From Mytilus californianus (lineage: Eukaryota): a DNA stretch of 64,000 nucleotides. The position numbers and the translations under genes are program-made. The stretch is from NCBI RefSeq assembly GCF_021869535.1, contig NW_026262690.1, positions 117,738,001-117,802,000 on the forward strand. The letters are read 5' to 3'. Below the pieces are notes generated by a model, which saw nothing but the letters and a program-made list of their open reading frames with translations, ran no database searches and was not told where the DNA came from. Below, piece by piece: positions 1 through 14,138 of the stretch (positions are counted from its first letter, which is position 1; each line of letters starts with the position of its first letter).

Positions 1-65
1 GAAGGTGTGAATGCATTTTGTGGCAAAATTCTAATTTTTTAGACAAATTACTATTCATTAATTAA

Positions 66-184
66 TAATGCTTCAATGTTTGTTCCTCATGAAATATTAG
101 TACTAATGTTCAATGTTCGTTCCTCATGAAATATTAGTACTAATGTTCAATGTTCGTTCCTTATGAAATATTAGTACTAATGTT
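66..184. repeat. 37-bp tandem repeat, about 3.2 copies
   Basis: Unit aatgttcaatgttcgttcctcatgaaatattagtact repeated head to tail. Confidence 0.9.
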
Positions 185-594
185 GTGATAAAATGTACAA
201 ATTACGATTAAAAAAGGTTGAACAACTGTTATTTAAAATGGAATATAAAAGTATCACAATAGTCAATATTCTGGGATAACTAAATAAAAAGTTAACAAGT
301 TAAATATATTTCTATCTACAAATGCATATCAATTGTATAAATAAAATGTGCTCATCATCCAGGTAAATATACTGAATCTATGTCATCCAATACCTAAACA
401 TTAATTAAGTATTTCAAATTGTGGTAGTAAATCTTTTGAGAAAAAGATATGTGCCGTCTCGTATACAACAAAATTAACAGCAATTTAATGGACAGTATGC
501 TATTTTGTGTATGTACATGGGAATGGGAAGCACTTATAAATAGTTCTAAAAACTTAACATTGAACTATGTTAATTCTTAAAATTAAGGGGAATA

Positions 595-802
595 CTGTGG
601 ATTCATTTATTTTCGTGGGTACCAATTTTTGTGGATTAAGGGAAAATTGTATTTTCATGGATATTTGATTTCGTGGTTTTGCCAAAGTATGCATACCAGC
701 CTAATACAAATTTATACTTCGTTGAACTTTTAAATTCATGGTTCACGTATACCCATGAAATCCACAAAAATTGGTTTCCCACGAATAATAATGAATCCCC
801 AG
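595..802. mobile_element. Tc1/mariner-type MITE (about 40-bp TIRs, TA target duplication)
   Basis: TA|ctgtggattcatttattttcgtgggtaccaatttt ... aaaattggtttcccacgaataataatgaatccccag|TA. A longer member of the same family lies at 44502-45335. Confidence 0.8.
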
Positions 803-2511
803 TATGACTAATAAGTCTAAATCATTTTTAAGATGAGTTTTCAGATGTTAATAGCAGCAACTCTTAAAAAATGTGAATAAAAGACAATGATGGGTATATG
901 TCAATGAGACAACAACCCAACAACATAAAATAACAGGAAACATTTTTAGAAGCCTACAGTATAAACTTCATCAAGAATGGACAAAGCAGAAAAGTTATCG
1001 TTTGAACTATGTATAAGTTTCAAAGTCACTATACCATAAGTGGGTCAGGCAGGGGCACAAACACTGCTAGAAACTGTGATGCACTGATGCTAATGCAAAA
1101 GCATTGCAACTGCTTATGATGTATTTGATAAAATTCAGAAAAAAGGAACTAACCAAAAAAAAAAACCCACATTTGATTGTGTAAGGAAATATTTCAAAAA
1201 GTCTCTGCAGCAAGAGTAGGACAGGAAGAGAAACGCATATCTCACTTGAAAAAATGACAAACATGTACATGTATGCTAATGCAGCAGATGCCAGAAAAAT
1301 AACAGTTATATGTCTCACTCCCTCTAATGTTAATCAACATGAAAATGAATTAACTCTTTTTCTTTGTACTTTCTCCTCATAGAAAGTTATGCAATTATAA
1401 TTATCTGAATATTCTGAATGAGAAAAGATATAAAAGATATAATTTTCAACCAGCTACCATTGACTAGCTAATATACTGATGTCATTATAAAACATTTTCA
1501 TAGTCACTGTACAAAGATGTAGTACAAATTGTATAGGCACTGAGTAATAAAAAATCTTTGTCAAGACAGTACACACAAGGTGCTTGCTCTTGCTGGAGAT
1601 TATTTACAGTGAATGTTAGTGACGAACGTGAATCACTCACATATACTTTACATAAACTGTAAACCAACTTATTTTCAAGGATACTATTTTTATTGTTTAT
1701 TAGTCCTTTCTAGCTTAATTGATACAATTTATTTCTGCAATTTTTTAAAAACTTTCTTGACATATTTAAACATGTTGAATAAGGAAATATCCAAGTTTGA
1801 CATGTTAATGATGACTATTATTTAAATTTTTTTCTAGTCGCCAAAATAAATCACTAATGAAAATAATTTGGTTTACGGTAGTTATTCAAATCGACTTTCA
1901 CCCTGTTGTACAGTGGATCTCTCTACACTATTGTAAACGTGCAAATTTTTGTACAGGGATAATTTCGATTATTGAATAACAACTTAAAATGCGCAGATAC
2001 ATAACACACACAAATAGTATACACAGATCAATAATATTGATGTGAAGGGCCCATTTATTGTTGGATGCACCAATTTTACCCAGCTCATAAATCACAAAAA
2101 AAAAACAAGAAACATCCACATTCTCATGTATCAAGAATAAATCACCTTGTGTATTTGTTATAACAGAAGCACTATGCAGTTAACTATTATGAATGTTTTG
2201 CATATTGTTTATAAATTAAATCTAAAATTGGTTGAAAAATATATTTTCTAATGCTAAACCTGCAACACCTATTCAACAACAAAAATTTGGCAGTAATAGG
2301 AAAAACATGTCTCTTGGAGACACACTCATTCATTTAATTTCTTGTAAGTATGTTCTCTTTGAGACCATACAACCATATGTTCTCTTCAAGACCATACAAC
2401 CATACCATTTGCATAGTAATTAATTAAAATAACCTATAGGTAATGTTACTAGCCACTCGGAGCAAGACAGCCTAAGCTGATTTGAAACCATTCCTTTTAA
2501 ATTTTCGCTGG

Positions 2512-5500
2512 TCATGCAATACCAATGGTTTCTTGGAGTCCACTTTGAGAATTAATGCCCCTAGCTGGTGGTTGTACTATATGAGAGAATTCTGATGAAT
2601 ATTGGTCATTGTATGAAATGGCATTGGTCCATGAGGGCGATGCTAGCAAATGCCCAAGATTTTGTGGAACACTTCGATGACTCTCGTCTAATGTCTGACC
2701 ATTCATAGCTGTTATTTGGGCATCTAGATCAAAGTTTTCACTATGCCAACTGAATGGTCGCTGTGACATACTTGGTGGTCCTTGTCCACTTGGGTAAACA
2801 GCTGAGAGACGACGGGGATCAAAATCATGTGATATTCGTGATATTCTGGAGTCAGTGGATCGTATCGTTGAATTTTCATACGATTCCACACTTCCGTCCA
2901 TTGGTTGTGATACTTGCATATAAAGAGACTTGTCATTACATAGGCCATACATGAGAGGTAAGGATAAAGCATGAGTATCAGCTTTTATTGTTTCCAGCTC
3001 CGGATGTAAAGTTTCACCAGAGTTCAACTCTGTTGTAGATGTGCTCAGAGTTGGCTGAAATTTAATAAAACACATCAATCACATAATTACTGCAAGAATG
3101 TATGTATGCATCTGAATGTGCTTATTAATAAATTACCTGAATAAAAGTGCTATATTTCCGATTAACAAAATGATTAATGTGAAATTTTATATGTTGTCAA
3201 GTTGGCTCTTTTTATAACTGACTATTGGGTATGTGTTTTGCCTTTTGTTGAAGCTGCATGGTGACCTACAAATGTATAGCTGCTTACATCCATTTCAGTT
3301 GGACAGTAGTTGATAGTTGTCTCATCGCCAATTATACCACATCTCCTTATTTTTATATTTTCTAAATTTATTAACTTTCATGTATTACCAGAATACCAGA
3401 TTTCTAATGAAATCCACAGAACTCTGGATGGTTAGCTATGTTAAACTCTGTCACACTTTTTTAAGTTACATCTACCATTAACAAAGTTAAATGTAGAATG
3501 TTGAGTAGGATCTGCTTAACCTTCAGAGCACCTGAGATCCCCCCCCCCCCCCAGTAATTTCCGAAGGGTTTTTAAGTTGCTTAGTCTTTTTATGTACTGT
3601 TTTGTAGACTGTTTTTTGTCTTTTCACAGCTTTTTAAAATGTTTTGCCATGATTCTGTCAGACTCTCTTATCAACTTAAATTAGTTTTGTTTCTCCTTTG
3701 GTATCTTCAGCCTCTTTTTTCATATACGTGTAGAAAAAATCTTCTCAAAAGGTCTAAAGTGAGGTTAAACATTATATTTACAGTGTATGTAAAATTGTAA
3801 CTGGTATCCCAAAAATTCAGAATAAAAGAACAATTCTCACCTTTTTCTCTTCATTATCAGATGGTTCAGTTGGTAGTTTATCTAATGATGTATTACTATT
3901 ACAAGAATGTTTTGAATCATTTAAATGCTCTGACATATCTGCAAACATTGGTGGTGGTGCTAACACTTCTTGTTCATGTAATGTCCGTTTAGTTTCTGTG
4001 TAGGACGAATTTGACATGTTACTCTGACTAACATAAGAATTCATCCCCGGAATCATCATTTCGTTAGACACATACATCACACCTTGATTTTCAACAATTT
4101 GACCAGTAAAACTCTCCTGGCTATAAAAATGGTTCAAGTTTTGTGAACCTGACAAATCTGTTTCATAACCTTGTTCATGACTATGATAAAATTGGTTCAT
4201 GTTTTGTGAACCCGATAAATCATGATTAGGATAAAATTGGTTCATGTTTTGTGAACCTGATAAATCATGATTATGATAAAATTGGTTCATGTTTTGTGAA
4301 CCTGATAAATCATGATTATGATAAAATTGGTTCATGTTTTGTGAACCTGACAGTTCATGATATTGATAATACTGTGGATCAATGTTTTGTGAACTTGTCA
4401 GTGCCGGATCACAGGCCTGCGCTGCCTGCATCTGTCCATTAAAAGTATTATAATTGTTATATGCTGGTAACTGATACATCTGTTTGTTATAATGATAATA
4501 CGGAGATATGTGATTATCACTTGTGTGAATCTGTAACTGTGTCAAGTTACTTTTAAAACTGTCTGCACGACTGGCGCTTCGACTGACTGGCTGAGATAAG
4601 CAAAGTCGCTCATTATGTAGACTGGTCGTTGGAGTATGATTCATGTAAATAGGAACATTCATTTGCTGTGAGCTGTACAATGGCAAAGGCATGGCATTAT
4701 GTACGGGAAAATGTCCTTGAAATCTTCCACTGCTGTTTGGAGAAATATCCCTTTCTATAGAATTGCCTGAATAAGACGTTGATAAAGTTCCGCTATAAAC
4801 AGTATGGTGGTGTTGTTGAGATATACTGACTATTCGATCAGGTGATCTATTCATCTGCCGATTACCACCAGCAGGTCTACCAACGGAGGATGACTTGAAA
4901 AGTTCTCTTGGTCCAGATTCTGCTCCAGGACTTCTATTCATCTTTGAGGATGGCATATAGTCTGTTGGTAAAAGATAAAATAATAACGTAAGAAAGATCA
5001 AGGATGGGATATAGTATCTGTATGTTGGAGACGAATAAATAACTATATAAGGAAGGTCAATGTTTTCATTACTACAGAAAATGTTATCATTTATTTTCTT
5101 TTTATCCTTTTCGGTTATATCTACTCTTCCAACGTTTGTATTAGGTTTTTGATTTTCAAACATTTTAGCTTCGACCAACACTGAACAGAATGTAATACTC
5201 TAAACACACATCTGGTTTGAGCAATGTTAGTTTTGTTTTGTTTTTATACTTCAAACTTGCTCATGATGGCTTTCAAAAGATATATTTCAATGATACAATT
5301 ATATCTTATATTTCAACATAATTATATTTGCAGGTACTTTATGATTTTCAAATTCTTCCTAACATTGTAGTTGCATTCATGGAAGAAAAGATTCAATTTG
5401 CATTATATGTTGCATAAATAATACCTTGCCAAAAAAGTTTAACATATTTAGAAATAGATATTATAGTAAAAACTTACTTGGTAATGTAGAAAATGCATTG

Positions 5501-8500
5501 TTTTGACTAGGTGTACCAAACATTGGCGGTGAATCTATCATTATTTCCCTGTTGTGTTCTGAAATAGATAGAGATGCTTGTAAAAAATGTTCTACTGTTA
5601 ATTGTATCAGCATTTCTTTGTTCGTCTGCTATTTAATTATTTCTATGGAAGTTATTCAGAACTTCAGATTTAGATAAGACACAAGTAACTTATAAATGAA
5701 GTCTGTATAGTGATATCAAGATGTATACTTTATGTAAACTTTTATTTTGTTGGTTACTCTTGATCGATTGATTGTTGGTTGCTTAATGGTTTACTCTTGA
5801 CATTTAACCTGCATCTCATTTAGTTATTTTTAATAAGTAAATAGATATATTAACATTTGGATGCTACATGTAAATGTCAAGAGAGAAAAACAAACTATTT
5901 CTAGAGGTGCATTATTCAAGTGGGACGCATAATAACAGCTTTGGATAACAATGCATGAAAACCATTTGTCAAAACAAAATGTTTCGACCACCTTTAAGAA
6001 ATTCTTTGTTTGATGTTGCCTACCCATGCCTAATAGGGTTGGGTAGGCAGGGTAGGGATTTTTTTTTTTTTTTTTTTTGCCAAGAGCATAAGTTCTATGT
6101 TTTAGACAAGAAAACAAAGTGAGAGCAGGAAAAAATCTTTAAAAATAAAAGAAGAATGTGTCGAGGACATGAATGCCCCCTCTTAAGCTTCATCAAACAT
6201 ATGAAAAAGGGACGGACGGATGGAAAGATGGAAGGAAGGAAGTTCAAGGGTAACAATTAATGCCCCCGTCGCCAAATTTGAAATGATTTGTGTCATAAAA
6301 TTTTTCAGGCAGGCTGCTTTTAAGGTGGGTAGGTAGGCAACATCAAACAATTTAAATTTTATTTTTGGTCCTATCTTTTTGGAAAAGCCAAATGTTTAGT
6401 GACAAACCGTAAGTATGGTAAAAATCAAATGGAAATACATCTATACAATATGTAGGTTCAATGTTTATTTAGAATAACCTGGACACTTTTCCTTGTTACA
6501 GACTGTATAATGACCTCTAGATTTCTATATCAGTTTTATTTATTTAGCTAGATTTTGTCACAGTATTATTTACCCTTCCTCTTCAAAACAATAATCTGCA
6601 TGTGTCATTTTCTAATTCTTAGTTGATTAAAACTTTCCAAACCATGTTGCTTTGAAAATTTCTTTAAAAAAAACATGTTCTCTTTGTCAGATGTTGTTGG
6701 GCATCTTTTTTTATGTCACCATATAAATCATAACCAGAGAACAACATAATAGTTCAGACTGTCTTGAATTCATATCGATGATAGTTGAGAATGAACAAAC
6801 CACGTTGATTTTTATCACAACAAACAAATGTTTTATACCACAAAAAAAAAACAAAACAGATATGTCAAAGTTAGCTACAAAGTGTCGAATAGTCTACCAA
6901 CTCTTTGTGCATTTCTCTACTCTTGAAAATCAAATTCCAAAAATGTATCGGTTGAGTGTGAAAAAATATTGTATCCAACTCATTGCAGTGATAGAATCTA
7001 CAGTCAATCCTGTATATAAGAAAAGGATGGCCTGGCAAGACAGACTTTTGGTTAATAAAGGTGCCCTTTAAACAAGTACCAGGTTTGACTGCATATTAAA
7101 CAATATAATTTTGATAAATTCCCAGTACCTTCATCCTCAAAGCTGATTGTCATTTTGTCACTAGCTATGCCTGAAGTTGTATTAGAACTGGCATTGCTGA
7201 CAACTGAATATCTCACATTCAGTACAGATTTAGTGCTAGGTGACAAACTCCCCCTAAATGATCCTCCATGTGCCTTTAAGTCTTTAGGGTCACTATAAAT
7301 GTACAATTCTCTGTATCTTTTCTTATCTGAAATATACATTTGTACAAATATATTAATTTATGCATTGCAATCGACGGTACAGAAAGGGTCATATTTGCCA
7401 GTCATGACCGATTCAAATAACTGAAATGAGATTCCAATTTTTGTCAAATTGAATTGGACAATTTTCAGAGATCTAAGTTTTCAGCATTATTTATGAGAAT
7501 TTCTAATATGTCTTCCATTCAAGGAAGAATAACTCAATTTTCAAACTTCTGATTTACAGAAGTTGCAGTTTATTAGAAAGGAAACAATGATGTAAAATTT
7601 CTATAGTGTCCCATGCGATGTAGCAGATGTGCCATTTCTTTTCTTTCTTCATAAGTTTTACACATACAATACCTTGGAAAAATAAGGTAACTTTTCGTAT
7701 TCAACATTTTAACAAAAACTTAAAGGTGAAATTTGAGAGAAGAGTAGAATGTCTTTCGTTGACATAATCCAGCTAAGTAGTAGTGTACATGATTGTTTAC
7801 CTTGTTCCTCCAAATGTCTTATTTCCATCAATTTAGGATGTATTGCTAACTGGAACATGTGTGTTTGTTTACATAGTTGTAACAAGTATTTTGATTTGGT
7901 ATCACAGTCTGTGTAATAAGCAAATTTCCTCCCTTCAGGTGCACCAGCTGCTCGGATCTCAAATTTCTTTTTCTGTAAATAAATAAATATAAATGGAGTA
8001 TAAGTAAAATAGGATAGAAATTCAACACATACAACTACAAGAGATTTAAATTTATTACTAATGGTATTTAAAATTCTTTGTAACAAATATCTAATGAGGA
8101 ATTTAAATTTATGTTATTTAAACCTTCATGTTCCTTTCCTAAATGTTTAACAGCACCTAAAAGTTTTGCCTTACATTTTTGCAGATTAAATGTTTAATTA
8201 CTGCACCAATAATGTTAATTTTAAATGCTTCTGGTAAAAAATTGACCACTGGTCCCTATTTGTAAATAAAAAAATCGTGATAAAATAATAATTTAGAACA
8301 AATCAATGACTGTCATATGCTGGTAGCTTAAGTTGTTGATAAATATTGTTTTATAATGATGTTCTGTTATAGTCTCAATATTGATAACATACTTCAAAGA
8401 ATAATTTTCCAATATCTGGCCACAGGAATGTTGATATCAAATTCTTCAGGCTTTCATCTACCTCCTGTTATATAAAAAATACCACATTTTTACAAATTAG

Positions 8501-11500
8501 TTGTAACTATATTATTGCATCGTAATTTTATTTTAATTTGTATGTATTAAAGCTGTAAATAATTTTGTTATCATTCTGTATATAAAAAAGTTTTCAAAAG
8601 CTGGTAAAACAGGTGTCTGACCTATTTTTAATCCAATTCTCCCGTTCATAATCTAAAGAATTATCTTGTTCACATACCAAAATGAACATAACATTATGCC
8701 AACTCTTAAATATCTATTGTTTGTAACATTGTTTGCCAATGATAACGTTTAGGTGTATGCTTTTTAAAATTTTAATGCAGAATGCATTGGGATTCTGAAA
8801 AGGTGAATTGTACATGCAATTCTTAATTTTTCTGGTCATAAGCATTCCTATGCACTTTTCATAATTTCTTGAATGGAAATAAAGTTGATATTTCAGTCTT
8901 AACCTTGGGTTGCTTTTTTAACATCAGGACCTATTATATTACCTCATATATTTCTATTCCTTTTGCACATATTCCAAGCCATGCATTCCAATTTTTATCT
9001 GTTTTTCTTTTCTTTAATCGATAAAAATGCAAGTTATATGCAGCTGGTGATATTGATGCCTCTTTGATAAATTTAAATTCTGCCTCAGACTTGCTAAGGT
9101 TGTGCAGATCTTGATGTATCAATGGAGTATTCTTACAGATATAATCTTTCCCTCTCTTGTTACAGATCTGTAATACATAGACTGTACAATAAGAATACAT
9201 TTGTTTATGATTTATCATATATTGATATGCTGTGTAAATAAAACTTGTGCTTTAGATCATAATTCTAATAAAAAATGTCTTGGAATTATCTCCCCTGATT
9301 TTCCTTATTTGATATTTCTTTTAAAAATTAATAATCAGTTCTTAATTTTGAATAATAATGTAAATATGTGAAGACATAAAACTTTATTAATCAAACATAT
9401 CGTTACAGTATTTGATTCCCAACAGAGCAGAATTTGCTAATTAAAAATGAAATGAATAATAAAGATATGAAAGGGACAAATCCAGATACACAGAATAAAA
9501 GAATTTCACAAGAAAAAAAATGAATGATACCTGTTTACAAGCATAACATATTGTCCTTTAGTAAATTGAAGTACCATATACAAACAAAATGTTTCAAATG
9601 CAACAAATTACCCAAGCAGGAAAATATTCTCTGGGATCAAAGTACTGTCCACCATGTTTAGATTTGATATAGTTTCCATTATCAGCTTGGAGGGCATAGG
9701 AGACCAGCTGGAAGCATTTCTCCTCTGTAGAAACATGACCATAACTGTGTATGTTGTCTTTCAGCTGAAGAAAGTATAGGTGGCGGGTCACCTTTTCCCT
9801 ACAAAATAAAATTCATTCTAAATGTACACAAGTTGTTTTTTTAACAAAATGAATATCAGACTTCTTCTAAACAAACTTACTCCTCTTGAGGCTAAAGGAT
9901 GATGACGGATGTTTAACATCTAGTGGCAAATTAGAACATGTTACTGTGATAGGAATATGAAGACAGTATTGTACTAAATAGACATGCCTAGCAGCATTTT
10001 TAACATGCTAGTTCACAATGTATCAGGCAGTCTGAAGACATGTCAATCTTCATAGACATATAATTCTAACTTTGAGCCTACAAGTCTTTGCTCTTCCTCT
10101 TAAATGTCAAGTACTTAGCAGTGAAGCAGCAAATACCAATGTTCATGTCTTTAATTGAACAGGCCCAGGATCAATCCTTGACCTCCCTAACTTGAGGCGA
10201 GCATGCTACCATGAGATTCTGTTAAGGCTAAAGGATAGATTTCAAGCATGCAAATAGATAACGTAATTTTAAGCGGGAGAGAACTACAGTTTAACTACAA
10301 TTATATATAATTTTCATCTTTAGAGTAAGTTACATAAGTATTACTTTAGTAGAAATTATTTGGCTTTTTATACCTTACCAATGCCATCATATTAAAAGTA
10401 AATATTCAACTTCTTTACACTAAAATTCCTGTTCATAAATGTTTTTTATTTGGAAATCTTACCTCAATAAGACAATCTGGTCAACATAAAACTGAACACG
10501 AAAGTAAAGAGAAACTAGTGGCTGGCCATCTGTATCTAAGCCCTGCAAATATATACACATGATAAGTTTTATTTTTGATATTGTTTCTTGCCATTTTTTC
10601 TAAATAACTTGTACAGACTGTATATTTGTATAAACTGTCGTGATACAATGTATATAGTCACTTTATATTTTAAGCTTTGTACGTGACATTAACAATACCT
10701 TTCTTACAATTTTATTAATGACATTTTCTTCCTTTTCTTAGACTTAATCTTTATGTTCCCATATAAATGTAGTTATTTAGTACGTATAAATTTGTATAAC
10801 CAGCATGTAATATATCAGCTAGCTAGAATATGACAGCAGTGAGAGTAACCTAATCAAATGGCTCTTTAGCAGAGCTATCATTTCACAACAGATTTTTCAT
10901 ACCGATAATATGAGACCTGTTTGCACGTTTTTTTTCTTTCAATAATTATAGCTTCCATCTAAAAAAGATATATGTATGATTGCTCTGAATACTGGAAAAA
11001 GTTGTCTCCCTTGTCTTGTTTATTTCTATATTAGGTACTAGTTAAATATATACAATGTGTACAAGAAGTTATTGGTTCCATAATGAATGATAATTGGATA
11101 TCACTTGATGTAAACTTGAGTTAAGTAATTTCAATATAATAATCCACAACTCCTTTGAGAGTTAATTATCAATACTGACAATTACAAAAGCGTAGTTCAA
11201 ACCAAGCTATATACAATTCACAACAGTTGTTAAACCTATTTCGTTTATGGGTAAAAAGTTTATTCATTTTTTCAAAGCAAAATGAATGAGTGTAAATATC
11301 ATAAAATCGCAAAATTCTTTTAAAGTTCTATAACAAAGTTACATATGTACCTCTGAGGTTCCAGATTTCCAGCTCTTTGGAGCAAACTTGTGAATTTTTT
11401 CTTCTAAAGGAAGAAAGTGATATTCTCCATCTGTAATGAATATAAAATTATTTATACTACCGGTACTACAAATTCAGAGAGGAACTGTCAAGGTGCAATC

Positions 11501-13206
11501 AAATGTAAGTCATTACTGGTATATATATTGCGTTTCAATTTGGCTGTGCATGGTACGCCTATTTGGCTGGTTGTAATGTAATATTGTACTTATATGTATT
11601 TATTATACTGTATGTATATATATACAGGTTGCACTAACCTACCCTTAAAAAATTCTTTGTTTGATGTTGCCTACCCATGCCTTCTAGGGCTGGGTACGCA
11701 AGTAGGGATTTTTTTTATGGCCAAAAACATAAGTTACATGTTTAAGACAAGAAAACGACATGAGCACAAAAAAAGCTTAGATAAAAAATTTGAAAATATT
11801 TTTGTCATAAAATGTTTTGGTAAACTGTTTTTTAAGCTTTTTAGGTGGGTAGGCAATATGAAACAACTTTAATTAATTTTTTTGCATCTTATTGTTCATA
11901 GTACTCTTTAACATGTTTAAGCCTATACTTTCTTATATTTAAAAGTAAAAGAAGAAATTTGTCTGAGAACACAAATGCCCCCTGTACAAGCTTGCCTTTA
12001 ATATGTGAAAATACTTTTTGAGAGCTTTGATGTCACTGCTAGTTTTTAAAAGAGTTCTATTGTTAGAGTGTGGAAATGAAAAAAAATTTCAATTTCAAAG
12101 TTATAAAAGGGCACAACTCTAGAATGGTAAGTGACTTGCTGCCCAAATTTGAACTCTTGTCTACGAGTTTTGGGTCTTAGCACTGTGCATGAGTTTCATA
12201 AAAAGTGGATGAGGAAAACTTAAATTAGAGTGCAGAGACAAAAATGAGACGAATGGAAAGTCGGTCAAGGGTAACACTTAATGCCCCCTTCAAGCAGCGG
12301 ATATAAAAAATACATATGTTCAACATGAATTTATGGTTAACATTATCTAACTATCTATCTACCTTTTTTCTGTGCCAGTCCAAAATATTCAGTCTCTCTT
12401 AAACTAAGTTGAGTGGCTATCTGATTAAAAACATCTTGAAATTTTGATTTGACCTGTGAAGATAACAATTTTAAATATCAATTAAAAACAATAGCATTAC
12501 AACTTGACAAAACTTACAACATAGAACAAAGTTGCAGAATTTTTTTGAATATTTACATACTTGTACATGTATAAAAATAAGAAGATGTGGTATGACTGCC
12601 AATGAGGCAACTCTCCACATTTCATGACATCACAAGTAGCAAGAAAACAGGTAAATTTACATTAATTTCTTGGACAGGAAATAAAAAGTGCATGTGTTGA
12701 CAAAAAAGATCTTTTAACGTAATGTTACTCCTTTGTTTGTTAATGTATATGTATGTTTCCCACTAGACTTTTCACTTATTTTAACAAACATAAGTTTCTA
12801 CTGTTGGTTTGAATTTTAAGGTTTCTTTCTCATTGACATTCAACCCACATCTCTTTTTATTCATACATATTCATTTAAAAAATTGGTCATGTGACAATAA
12901 CCTCATCATTGATATATATGTATATACAGGTTTAAAATTTTGTACGCCAGACACACATTTCGTCTACAAAAGACTCATCAGTGACAATCGAATCAAAAAA
13001 GTTAAAAGCCCAAATAAAGTATGAAGTTGAAGAGACAAGACTTAGTGACCAACTTAGGTCAGAATTTTATTCATATAGTGGTCTTTATTTATAACAGAGC
13101 TATTTGTACTCACATCAACATTTATTAAACATTGTGTACCATCCAGCAGTATTACATTTACAACCTTTCTCTTTTTCCCGGCATGATGCAATGTTAATGA
13201 GGACAT
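2512..13206 (-). CDS. FRMD6: FERM domain protein of the Expanded/FRMD6 (Willin) family, about 980 aa, 12 coding exons
   Basis: Exons (minus): 13206-13114, 12453-12363, 11430-11351, 10542-10463, 9798-9612, 9167-8943, 8464-8393, 7972-7801, 7326-7129, 5558-5478, 4961-3841, 3054-2512. All are GT-AG and phase-consistent (2943 nt). The translation contains FRMD6-type FERM segments (LRETEYFGLA, LYFRVQFYV, YALQADNGNY...YFDPREYFPAWI, KRGKDYI, KKFEI...GRKFAYYT) and the TSGIAS motif after the FERM domain. An upstream non-coding exon ends at a GT donor at 14781. Confidence 0.9.
3490..3725 (+). repeat. Fragment of a high-copy interspersed repeat (ggatctgcttaaccttcagagcacctgagatc family; possibly Penelope-derived)
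   Basis: Reverse-orientation copies of the same motif at about 15255-15490 and 22840-23095. The family assignment is from memory only. Confidence 0.6.
4121..4400 (-). repeat. 45-bp (15-aa) coding tandem repeat inside the FRMD6-like large exon
   Basis: (HNH)DLSGSQNMNQFY four times near-perfect, plus degenerate flanking copies. Confidence 0.9.
5985..6375. mobile_element. MITE with ttgtttgatgttgcctacc inverted repeats, interrupted by a short HINE-type insert (about 6150-6270)
   Basis: ttgtttgatgttgcctacc ... ggtaggcaacatcaaacaa. An uninterrupted related copy lies at about 11630-11885. Confidence 0.6.
9895..10215 (-). mobile_element. Degenerate tRNA-derived SINE (Nin/Deu-like central domain)
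   Basis: The reverse complement shows a tRNA-like head, attggtatttgctgcttc...gagcaaagacttg, and ...gaactagcatgttaaaaatgc...tagtacaa, shared with the copies at 15497-16790 and 35690-35930. Confidence 0.6.
11955..12310 (-). mobile_element. HINE/MgE-like non-autonomous Helentron-type element
   Basis: aatgcccc sub-terminal repeats at both ends, remnants of a gacg/gtcc microsatellite and one satellite-like monomer, in reverse orientation. Confidence 0.55.
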
Positions 13207-13440
13207 ACTGTTTATAAACTCTTGTTAATTTCCATGAACTTTAGATCTAGGTATATCTGAAAATAAAGATATTTATATAAGATTTAGTATTTCTGTTTAA
13301 AACTATTCATCTTTGACAAAGTTACTACATTGATTGTATATGTTGTATGTGCAATTCAAAGTATGAAATATTGATTAAAAATGGAAAAAATATCTCTCAT
13401 TTCAGGAAATGTATTTATTAACTTGTGTACATGTGCTCCC

Positions 13441-13591
13441 AGAGTTCTCGAAAGGTGGTGGTCCGAAGGTTTTGACCACCAAAATTTTACAAAGGACCAA
13501 CACAATTTTGGTATTTTGCAATAAGTATAAAAGTGAGGACCAGCAGATTTTCTTTAAGGACCACAAGGGAGAGTAAGATTTCGAGAACTCT
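13441..13591. mobile_element. Short MITE-like element with 13-bp TIRs
   Basis: agagttctcgaaa ... tttcgagaactct. Confidence 0.55.
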
Positions 13592-13935
13592 ATCCCGCCT
13601 TTTCATTTTATTTACTATGAATAATACAAGATACTTGTGTATGTATACATCAAAACTGTTTATTTCCAGCAATAGAAACTTTCAGATTGTTCAAGAACAT
13701 GAATGAAGTTGAATCAGTATGACATTGACAAAACAATGAAATGCTGGGAAGTGATAAAGGAATGATATAAACTTGTTTAATACACCCTTTTCAATGACTA
13801 ATACATAATAAATATTTGACACCTACAATCATTTTACAATGAACATTTAAGAGCAAAAGGCTCAACTTCGATCCTAGTCCATAGTGTAAGAGTAGTCTTT
13901 TAATGTTATGTGCCAACAGGTAAAAATACTATAAT

Positions 13936-14138
13936 GAGAGGGGGTCAGACCTTTATCGGGACTCAGGGATCAGGTGTTTTAAAGCTCGGGATTTCGGGAT
14001 TGATCCTTTCGGGGTCAGGGAATTCTTTTTTCGAATTTCAGGATGTCGGGATTTAAATTTCTTTAAATTTGGGACCTCAGGATTTCATGTTTTTAAGCCC
14101 GGGATTTCGGGATCAGGACCCCTCTGACCGCCCCCTCT
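13936..14138. mobile_element. GC-rich MITE with internal cgggatttcggga repeats
   Basis: gagagggggtcaga ... tctgaccgccccctc, flanked on both sides by tataat. Confidence 0.65.

Noticed and set aside
1067-2423. Short ORFs of 60-83 aa downstream of the FRMD6-like stop
   Set aside because: Low-complexity AT-rich translations with no motifs or splice support; likely 3' UTR or intergenic.
2724-2972. Overlapping ORFs 2724-2972(-) and 2754-2954(+)
   Set aside because: Alternative frames of the real FRMD6-like terminal exon.
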